Part shown: piece by piece, positions 9,940 to 18,085 of the stretch
Layout of the letters: the number at the start of each line of letters is the position of its first letter
Numbering within the stretch: the stretch's first letter is position 1
Source of the DNA: Phycisphaerales bacterium
GTDB taxonomy: Bacteria > Planctomycetota > Phycisphaerae > WQYP01
Assembly (NCBI GenBank): GCA_027451365.1
Contig: DAIDJN010000051.1
Coordinates: 1-57,903, forward strand
Length of the DNA: 57,903 nucleotides
Direction of reading: 5' to 3'
The notes under the pieces: generated by a model
The model's input: only the letters and a program-made list of their open reading frames with translations
What the model was told of the DNA's origin: nothing
The model's database searches: none
Translations under genes and position numbers: made by a program

Positions 9940-12900
9940 ATGGCAACGAACGCTACGCCACATATATCCGAACACATTGGCTTAACGCCAATTGACACGC
10001 CTGGTGTTGGCCGCCCTGGCCCGCACAGTACCCCGGCGGGCCGCGGTATGGCGCTCATTCTGGTTGTGGCTATTTTGGTACTCCTGGCCCTTATGGGCAC
10101 GGTCTATCTGGTGGTGGCTAACGCAGATCGGCAATCACTTGGTGCAAGCAACACATCCCTGAGTCTGCACTTCGCGCAGCAGGGCATGATGAATATTGTT
10201 TGCGGCATTATGCTGGATCAAACGCTGGATCAGAACAATCGAGCGTTGTCTATTGGCCAGTTCAACACAGCGACCGGCACACCGGACCCAGACTATGGCG
10301 CGGGGTTTATTCCAGATCAAAGTACGATTTGGGCCACTGCCGGCGGCACAATTACAGGCCGGATATCACGCCTTTGGGACTTTCCGGAAATCGGTGGCGT
10401 CCGCACCGCCAGCGGCCCCCCGGAAACATCCCCGACCGCGATGCAGCAATTTTACAGGTCAACGCTTGTTGTCGGCGAATCTTTGGCGTCCGGTGCGGTG
10501 CAATGGACCGCCAGTGAACCGTGGCTTGTGAGCGATCCGGCCTATGAACCGCTGGCGCGATACACGCCGGGCCAGGAAGTGTTTTTCTGCGATCCAAATC
10601 CGGACACTCCGTTGGCCTCGCCGGTGCCGGTCGCCAATCGTACTATGCATCTTTATGTCTATACAGGTCCTGTAAATGCAGTGAACCCCGGCGCGCCAGA
10701 TGCCATCGGCACAACATTCTGGACGCCGGCCCCACTGCCCCACGCACCGCTTCCCGTCGACACCAGCGTTCCATTCGCCGCGTCCGGCACCACAAATAAT
10801 GGCGGCCTGGTTCCGATGGTCAGCATGCTTTCGCCTTATCTGTTTGACCCCAATTCCGGCAATATGGATATAGGTTATTCAGATGGCCGCTCGACGCGAG
10901 TCCCGTTGGCTGGCACCGGTGGCAATGTCATCGTTCCGAATGCCAGCGTAACCGCACCGCGCTGGCTGCCTGATTTTGCGGCGGCGCCGGGCCGGGACGG
11001 TCCGTTGCTGGTCAAGCCGCCGGGCACCACCAATGCCGCGCTGACCTGCGGCCCGGACGCCATCTGGAATCTGCTGCCATACAGCGATCCGAACGGCACG
11101 CGATACCGGTTCGCGGTTCGTATTATTGACCTGTCAAGCCGGCTGAATGTGAACACCGGGTATATCCGATACCCTTACACAAATACCGCGAAAAATGCCG
11201 GCCAGCAACCGAATGACTATGCCCGTTTCGGCACGTTCGCCACATCCGCCCCCATCCTGAATCTGCCGGGCTTTAACATTGCGCCTTCCGATGACGCTGC
11301 CGCCACCAGTACCGGAACGCCCGTGCAGACCGGCAGTGGCAGGGCCTTTGGAAATATTCCAGGACGCATGGGAACCTATGCCGCAGGCAGTTACACGCTT
11401 CCATTCTGGCAAGCCGCGATGAACCAAGCGGAAATCGGCTATCCGACAATCCGCGCCGGCGGCACTCGAAGCCTCTGCCTGTATTCAAGCGCCTCGGAAC
11501 TGGACCTGTTGACTGCCGGCGGCACCGGCGGCATGCCCTTTGGAAATCCGCTAATATCCCGCATCGCTCGTCTGATGCCCGCCACCTTTGGCTTGTGCGC
11601 CAATGGGTACGGGGCGGGATACAGGTCCTTATATACGACTGATTCATGGACCCGGACCTTGGCACCGGTCAGGATTCCCGGTGTCGCCGTGGCTACGCAA
11701 AACGCCCCCGGTTTAATGGCTGTCGGTCCGGCAAAAGTCGATCTTAACGCGCCAGTTGCGGATATGGCCGCGGTTGCCAATCAATTATATGAAACGCTGC
11801 GGCTGTGCGGTTATACCGAACCACACGCCGCGGCTTTCGTCGCCAACTACGCCGCCTACCGTTTCGGCAATGGTCCGTTGCCTGGACAATTCGGATCAAT
11901 GGCAATGGCGCCTCCCACCATCCGATATTTTGCCGCGCCGGCAAACGCCGCCAATGGATGGCCCAGTCCGCCGGGCGAATATCTTTCCATTCCCGCTTTG
12001 GGAATCTATGCCACATCCACCACACCCGGTATTTTTCTTTCCGCCATGACCAACGACCAAAATACGTATTGCGGCATGACCGCTCAACCATTTCTTAATG
12101 AATTGGAGGTGCGTTTGACAACCAACGGCAATGGCGGCAGCGCATTTAATGCCGGGGCAGTCATTTCCGCATGGTCGTTGGAATTGATGAATCCATTCCC
12201 CACGGCAGGACCACTGAACCTAAGAGGTTGGCAGATTGTCATGAATGGGGCGATCGTGGTGCCGAACCTGGGCGCATTGGCCGGCGGCGGCACTCCGCCC
12301 GGAACAATCGGGTCGTATCAGAATCCTACTCGACAGGGAGGGCCGTTTGCCGTTATTTATTCCGGCGTCGGGGCACCAAAATCCGTCGGCATCAATACGC
12401 CATTTCTAATTAGCACTGTGAGCTATCCCGTCGCGTTGCGCGGAACCGTTGAATTGCGCCGGCCGATTGCGGTTACCGGCGGGGCCATGCAGTATGCAGT
12501 CGTGGATTCCATGCGATATGATTTTTCCCGATTGCGTTACCAGCCGGATATTGCCATCTGGTATGCTGACCTGCAGCGCGACAATATTCGCCAGCCGGAA
12601 TGGGGCTGCGACTGCGCCGCCCAGACACTGGCCACACCGCGGGGTGCCGCAGTTCCGGAACCGTCCACCACGCCATTTCAAAATCTCGGCCTGGCAAACA
12701 ACGCCATCGTGACGGGAAATCCAGGCGTGCCATTGTTTGATAGAATCGCGGCCGGCGAGTCCGAGATTGCCCCCGGTTCGCCCTTGGATGCAAACTCCGA
12801 CCTGTTTAACATTGATGATTTTAACTGCATTGCGCGTGAATCAAATTACCGCATCACCATTGGCCCGGACACGGGCGCGCGAACACTTTCCGCACAGATC

Positions 12901-13974
12901 GCCTTTAATGTCGCCCCGACGGCACCCACCACAAACTACTCCCCCGCCGCCACACTGGACTGCAACAACGGCATGTATTACGTCGCAACCGCGGCCGGCG
13001 CTCCTTTCCACGCCCCGGTACTGCCGGTGGACGCTTCGGCGGGAAACATCAGCAACGAAGCGTTTCAGGCGGCGCTTTATTTCGACTTCGCCTACGATCC
13101 GCGGGCGGCATTTACCGTTGCGGATCAGTCTTTTCCAGATCCCGTCCTGACACCTGATGGAATTTCCCCTACCGCAACACCGAATTCCGCAGGCCGCAAT
13201 GAAATGCCGCCCACCGTTCTGGCCCTGACCACGCTGCTTGGCAGGAATATGCCCAACCCCGCCGCCAAGGGGCTGCCGCGCGGCGCAACGGACCTTGTAC
13301 GCCTGCCGGGCAGAATCAACATTAACACGGCCAATCCCGCGGTTTTATATTCCACCCTGTCCAATGACGGCGCACTGTGGAACGGAAACGCGCCCCCCGC
13401 GGCCGCCAGCGTCCGACAGCTCGCCGCTGATGCAATTGCCATGCGCGACCGTTTGGGCAGCGCAAATCTCGCGATTTTTTCCGCTTCACAATCCATTGCA
13501 ACGCCAGCGTACAACGGCTTTTCCGGAATCGGATATCACAGCACAGCCGATCTGCTTGTGGCTTTTATTCCCACCGTTGAATCCGGGACTTTTCCCACGG
13601 GCGGAACATACATGCCCGCCACAATTCAACAGCGTGACGCTGCTTGGGCGGATATTGAAAATTTCATATCCGTTCGTTCCGATACGTTTGCCGTATACGG
13701 ACTGATTCAAGCGCTGCGGCTGAATCCGGCGTATGTCACAATGGCACGGTCCGCGACAACCGCGTACGCTCCGGTGGACTGGTACAACGCGAATCAGGGG
13801 ATTACCCCCGGCCGCACCGCTACGCGCGACAGTCTGACCATGAACCAGCATGACCCGAATGCGGAATTTATTTTAGAATCCAGTCGCCGTTTCATTGCCA
13901 TCATTGACCGTTCTTATTGCAATGCTGGTTCGCAAATTCAACCACACCTTGTCGCACTTGAACCGTTGCCGTGA
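9940..13974 (+). CDS. Giant PilX/GspK-like (type IV pilus / T2SS minor pseudopilin) protein
   Basis: RGMALILVVAILVLLALMG class III signal lacking E+5; RLNVNT and GRININTA motifs; C-terminal ISVRSDTFAVY. Confidence 0.75.
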   Translation: MATNATPHISEHIGLTPIDTPGVGRPGPHSTPAGRGMALILVVAILVLLALMGTVYLVVANADRQSLGASNTSLSLHFAQQGMMNIVCGIMLDQTLDQNNRALSIGQFNTATGTPDPDYGAGFIPDQSTIWATAGGTITGRISRLWDFPEIGGVRTASGPPETSPTAMQQFYRSTLVVGESLASGAVQWTASEPWLVSDPAYEPLARYTPGQEVFFCDPNPDTPLASPVPVANRTMHLYVYTGPVNAVNPGAPDAIGTTFWTPAPLPHAPLPVDTSVPFAASGTTNNGGLVPMVSMLSPYLFDPNSGNMDIGYSDGRSTRVPLAGTGGNVIVPNASVTAPRWLPDFAAAPGRDGPLLVKPPGTTNAALTCGPDAIWNLLPYSDPNGTRYRFAVRIIDLSSRLNVNTGYIRYPYTNTAKNAGQQPNDYARFGTFATSAPILNLPGFNIAPSDDAAATSTGTPVQTGSGRAFGNIPGRMGTYAAGSYTLPFWQAAMNQAEIGYPTIRAGGTRSLCLYSSASELDLLTAGGTGGMPFGNPLISRIARLMPATFGLCANGYGAGYRSLYTTDSWTRTLAPVRIPGVAVATQNAPGLMAVGPAKVDLNAPVADMAAVANQLYETLRLCGYTEPHAAAFVANYAAYRFGNGPLPGQFGSMAMAPPTIRYFAAPANAANGWPSPPGEYLSIPALGIYATSTTPGIFLSAMTNDQNTYCGMTAQPFLNELEVRLTTNGNGGSAFNAGAVISAWSLELMNPFPTAGPLNLRGWQIVMNGAIVVPNLGALAGGGTPPGTIGSYQNPTRQGGPFAVIYSGVGAPKSVGINTPFLISTVSYPVALRGTVELRRPIAVTGGAMQYAVVDSMRYDFSRLRYQPDIAIWYADLQRDNIRQPEWGCDCAAQTLATPRGAAVPEPSTTPFQNLGLANNAIVTGNPGVPLFDRIAAGESEIAPGSPLDANSDLFNIDDFNCIARESNYRITIGPDTGARTLSAQIAFNVAPTAPTTNYSPAATLDCNNGMYYVATAAGAPFHAPVLPVDASAGNISNEAFQAALYFDFAYDPRAAFTVADQSFPDPVLTPDGISPTATPNSAGRNEMPPTVLALTTLLGRNMPNPAAKGLPRGATDLVRLPGRININTANPAVLYSTLSNDGALWNGNAPPAAASVRQLAADAIAMRDRLGSANLAIFSASQSIATPAYNGFSGIGYHSTADLLVAFIPTVESGTFPTGGTYMPATIQQRDAAWADIENFISVRSDTFAVYGLIQALRLNPAYVTMARSATTAYAPVDWYNANQGITPGRTATRDSLTMNQHDPNAEFILESSRRFIAIIDRSYCNAGSQIQPHLVALEPLP

Positions 13975-14021
13975 TGCCCGTGAACAACCGCATCTAAACC
14001 CGGCTCGGTGGTCCGACGGGA

Positions 14022-14933
14022 TTAGCGAATCCACAGTGTATTCATTGCAGTTGGGCCTGAAACAGTCGCAATTACCAAACCGTTGCGTAATTCCACGGCG
14101 ATGGGAGTGGTGGCAATCCACTGGTGTTGCGAATCCAGCGTTGTGCGCAACGCCGGTGTGGGCCGAAACAGATTTGCCGGTACCGGCGTGCGTGGTTCTG
14201 ATGGGACACGTATAAATGCGATATGGATGGAATTTCCTGAAAGTAACTCATCCTGCGCCAGTCGCTCATAGATTGGAATGGTCTGTTGACATTCGGTGCA
14301 ATTGGCGTGGTAAAACAGCAGCACCCATTTACCTTTTCGCAACTTGGGCGAGATCTTCAAGTCACCAAAAAGCGGGAATCGCAGGCCGATCCATTTTCCG
14401 GGTTCCAGAATGACCAAACGTCCACCGTCGGCAACACGCAGGCCCTCCCGCGTAGCCTTGAAAATCGGATGCAGGAAATAACTGGAGGTTCCGACCGCCA
14501 AACCAACAACGACAAACACGGCAAACAGCGTTCCGCTGCTCGGCCTCCGCCTGACGGCGGCGCTTGGCCCGGCTGGTCCAGCGCCGAAAAAGAGCGAGCA
14601 GATTACCAACAGGTCAAATGCCGTTGTTAACCACGGATTGACCCGGACTTGACCGAAGCAGCCGCAATCAGCCTTTCCGCCGACGGCCTCATAAAACGCA
14701 TCGCACGCGAAGACGGAAAAACAGAGGATTGCGACTCGTAGAGCCGCATTCATATAGACCCCGAAGAGCGGCCAAAGCCCCAGAAAGGTCTCCCAGGCGA
14801 TCAAGCCTGGCGTCGCCCCCTGTGGCTCATGAAGGACCGCTGAGGCGGTCGTTAGCCGCAAAAAATGCCATATTTTCAATGCCGCCGCGACTAGAAGCAT
14901 GGTGCCCACGAGAAACGGCACCTTGTTTTCCAT
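14022..14933 (-). CDS. MauE/DoxX membrane domain fused to a thioredoxin-like CxxC domain
   Basis: TM helices with LLVAAALK and DCGCFG (MauE motif); C-terminal GKWVLLFYHANCTEC...TP (thioredoxin fold with cis-Pro). Confidence 0.8.
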   Translation of the reverse strand: MENKVPFLVGTMLLVAAALKIWHFLRLTTASAVLHEPQGATPGLIAWETFLGLWPLFGVYMNAALRVAILCFSVFACDAFYEAVGGKADCGCFGQVRVNPWLTTAFDLLVICSLFFGAGPAGPSAAVRRRPSSGTLFAVFVVVGLAVGTSSYFLHPIFKATREGLRVADGGRLVILEPGKWIGLRFPLFGDLKISPKLRKGKWVLLFYHANCTECQQTIPIYERLAQDELLSGNSIHIAFIRVPSEPRTPVPANLFRPTPALRTTLDSQHQWIATTPIAVELRNGLVIATVSGPTAMNTLWIR

Positions 14934-15016
14934 GAATATTCCTGACTCCCATCCCGTTTTCCGGTCTGGCTCGGTTCCGCACATTATCCGTATTCCTCGT
15001 CCAAGAAAAATGAGTG

Positions 15017-16291
15017 CTATTGCGTCGCCTTATGGACGAGGGAGGCCGGCCGCTCGATGCGCCCTGTAATCGGTATAACTATTTCGGGAACATATTTGTC
15101 GGTCACGCCGATTGTGATTTTCTCGCGCACCATCCCGGCTGGAGGCTTTGAAAACTCGACGACAAACACGTGCGCCGTGCGCCCAAGCTCGTCAATCACG
15201 GGCTTACCGCCCTCCCCTTTAAGCCGAGCCACGCGAAGGAAATTGGAGGATACTGTTGGGAATTTCAGGGAGATACCGCGCGGCGTCAACACCGTGAATT
15301 CCTCGGCGCGGATGGTGCCACCGGTATGCACTAAACCCAGGCAGATCGCCTGCGGGTACCATGTCAATCGAGCGGGGCTTGGCGCTATTGCGATATGGCC
15401 CCTTACCATGACTCGCAGCAAATGGCCGCGAAATCCTGTAAAGGACAACAGCACCTCGCGGACAATATTGCCAGACCCAAGCTCGCTTCGGTCGAAGGTC
15501 AGCGCAACATCCGCAGCCTTTCAAGGCATGATTCGGTGGTTGGGTGTCGCAATAGTCGCCCGTTTGAAGCAGAAGCACGTCCCCTTGGCGAAATTGATGG
15601 AAATTGGCGAGCCTAGTGGATTGCGCACTCTAAACCGGACCGCAACGGTGCCGGGGCCGGAAGCAATCGTACCGACGTTCAGCACGATGCTGCCGCGAGC
15701 TGCGGGTGAGTACGTTTTTAGATTCCTTTGCGCGCCATTAGGCTCAACGATCATCCCATTGCTGGCCAGAAACTGTCTGAGGTGGTCATGAAGATAGGCC
15801 ATGCTAACCCAGCCAATGTGTGTCCCTGGGTCCACGACGTAAAGCCCATCCCGACCTGAACTGAGAAGCGCGATATAGTGGCGCGACCGATCACCCGCGA
15901 GGCCCAGGTGTTTCAGGCTCGTGATTATTATTCTCTTTCCGGCCTGCCCTGAGAGAATTTCTGCGAAATGGGAGAAAGTGCTTCTCCGGACGGCCTCCAC
16001 TCGCAATTGCTCGCTACGCATGAGCCGGCCGATCGCACGCGGCGCGACCGCGTTATTCCAAGCCGCACCGGCATGCAACACCCTTGCGATCGAACCGACC
16101 TTCACGGGTTTGTGAAGATATCGCAAACAGAACATCGCGACGTTAATTGCGCTGCTTTTCGCCATTTCCTTACCGTGCATTTCGGTGAATGGCGTAGATA
16201 TTCCCGACTGAGTCGGCTGGCCGGAAAGCAGGCCCGTGGTCATGACGAAGAATATTCCGGCCGTGCCAGAAATTGATTTCGTGTATCTCAT
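15017..16291 (-). pseudogene. Peptidase C39-like plus DUF1573 (Ig-like) protein interrupted by one in-frame TGA at 15521-15523
   Basis: ORFs 15521..16393 and 15017..15454 share a frame and read ...GTCFCF...HRIMP*KAADVALTFDRSELGSGNIVREVLLSF... continuously; HYIALL and YVVDP motifs; N-terminal signal peptide. Confidence 0.7.
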
Positions 16292-16325
16292 AACATATGG
16301 TCCCTTGGTCTGCTGGTGGCCAAAT

Positions 16326-17471
16326 TCATCTTTTCGGCGGTGTGGAAGCCGCCCCGTCGAGCGCCTTTCGAGCCTTGCGCACGTCCCTCTCAATCTCCCT
16401 CAATTGCTGCTTGGGCGTGCCCCCGATTTGCACCCTCTTTCCGGTCGCCTCGTCGGTTACAATGGAGCCACGAGGAAATCGAATGACATATCTGCTTTCG
16501 CTGAAATTGAGATTGTTGGCCGTTACCTTCAGCACCTCAATGATCGCCTTCCTGCGAAACCGTTTGACACGTCGGTCAAATGTTTTAATCACAAGACGTC
16601 CCGGGTAGAACACGCCGGGGGCCGGCTCAGTGAAATTTGTCGCCACAAAATAGCCGCTGACCTGCGTGCCCGGAACAAGAAAGATGCCCCCTGTCGGCGT
16701 CCGCTTCGCCAGCCAGCCATAGGATGTCTCCCGGGCAATCGAATATCCATGGCGAGGATCCAGCAAAAACACCTCCTTTCCCCACGGATCACCGACGCGC
16801 GTCACCTGCACATATTGCCGGCCATGCCGTTCCTCCTTTTTCGCCCGCACCCAAGCCCATTTTTGATTTGGCTTTATATACGCGGAGAACCGAACCCGGT
16901 ATTTTGCGACAAGGTCCGCAGTCAGCCCGTAGACCGACATATTCCATCCCGAGAAGGCGTCGACACTGCGGCGTATCCTTGGCATGCCCGTTGTGACCTT
17001 TCCATGATCGAATGGCTGTTCATTTTTTGGCTCGCCTGCGTAAGTTTCAAGGTATGTTCCGAATCGGCCGTTATATGCGACCAGATAGCGGTCCGCAGCA
17101 ATAGGCGTCGGGCCGCCGACCCACAGCGTGTGGTCATACGGAACGTTGGCGCGGAACTTCCCCCGCGGCAAACCGTCGTACGTCGCCACCAGACGGGCAA
17201 TATCAACGGGCCTGCGATGCCATACGGCTTTTTTTGCCACGGCGTCATAGGACTCACCGTAATACCTGGCATACGCCTGGATTTGGATGACCCGAACCGC
17301 GTCTTCTGTCCGACGGAGGGATGACCGAACCTGCTTAAGCAGCCGATCTCTGTCCGCGCTTGGCGGCGGAGCGTTCCATGCCGCTGGCACGCCGTAGCTG
17401 GCGCCACAGACCACGCCTGCGGCACACATTGATATGACGACAAAAATGAGTTTTTGCGTAAACATTTTCAT
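16326..17471 (-). CDS. Secreted hypothetical protein, possibly LolA-like beta fold
   Basis: Signal peptide; very basic; FLLDPRHGY, GVFYP, and C-terminal IRFPRGSIVTD segment. Confidence 0.7.
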   Translation of the reverse strand: MKMFTQKLIFVVISMCAAGVVCGASYGVPAAWNAPPPSADRDRLLKQVRSSLRRTEDAVRVIQIQAYARYYGESYDAVAKKAVWHRRPVDIARLVATYDGLPRGKFRANVPYDHTLWVGGPTPIAADRYLVAYNGRFGTYLETYAGEPKNEQPFDHGKVTTGMPRIRRSVDAFSGWNMSVYGLTADLVAKYRVRFSAYIKPNQKWAWVRAKKEERHGRQYVQVTRVGDPWGKEVFLLDPRHGYSIARETSYGWLAKRTPTGGIFLVPGTQVSGYFVATNFTEPAPGVFYPGRLVIKTFDRRVKRFRRKAIIEVLKVTANNLNFSESRYVIRFPRGSIVTDEATGKRVQIGGTPKQQLREIERDVRKARKALDGAASTPPKR

Positions 17472-17540
17472 TTCCTTTTTGCGGGTGAACTTTTAGATTT
17501 CTGGGTCGCGCAAGCCCGGCGAGGCACCCTTTCGCAAAAT

Positions 17541-18032
17541 TCAATGATTAACGCATGTTTCAAGAAATGAATTACTGGCGCGTGTCGCCATAAATTTGGG
17601 TAACTGAGGATTGTCATCGCATTGCAGTACCGTTTGGCCAGCGACGTCCACGAGATTACAGGTGCCCTGCTCGTAGGTGTAGCAAGGCACGACGCCGGTG
17701 GTGTCCGTGCAGTTCTTGCCCGGATACGTCCCACCGCATACATAATTTTCTTTAGGCTGTGAGACTAGCTTGAAAAAGCACGCGTCCCCGTATTCCATTG
17801 GAGTTGTGTCGAGGTTGCAGGTATAAATGACGCCACCAGGAAGTCCGGTTGGCGGTCCCTGACACTTTGACTGCGCATCAATACACTGCATATTATCAGG
17901 CGGCGCGTCTTGGGCTAGTAGCGTGGTCGCTCCGACTATAATCAGCAGGCCAGCAGAAGCGGCGGCCCAGATGGTTGCGCCCCTGGTGACCCGACGAAGG
18001 GATTGAAAAATGCCGACCTTTGATTTGAACAT
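17541..18032 (-). CDS. Small secreted cysteine-rich protein (10 Cys in the mature part)
   Basis: AGGAGAAA RBS; long signal peptide ending LLA-QD; 10 Cys in the ~123-aa mature region. Confidence 0.8.
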   Translation of the reverse strand: MFKSKVGIFQSLRRVTRGATIWAAASAGLLIIVGATTLLAQDAPPDNMQCIDAQSKCQGPPTGLPGGVIYTCNLDTTPMEYGDACFFKLVSQPKENYVCGGTYPGKNCTDTTGVVPCYTYEQGTCNLVDVAGQTVLQCDDNPQLPKFMATRASNSFLETCVNH

Positions 18033-18085
18033 TGTATTTCTCCTAAAAAAAGACGGACGGGAAAACTGATCCAGGCGTTCCGAAT

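Noticed and set aside
14022..14933. Methylamine utilisation (mau) cluster
   Set aside because: Only the MauE-like domain is present; there is no recognisable mauA, mauB or di-heme mauG.
15521..15523. In-frame TGA as selenocysteine or alternative genetic code
   Set aside because: The position corresponds to an expected Gly, not Cys, and many genes here (arsM, PL4, pnp) terminate normally at TGA.
16236..17324. 362-aa plus-strand ORF (also 15057..15791)
   Set aside because: Antisense shadows of minus-strand genes that have signal peptides, RBSs and operon context.
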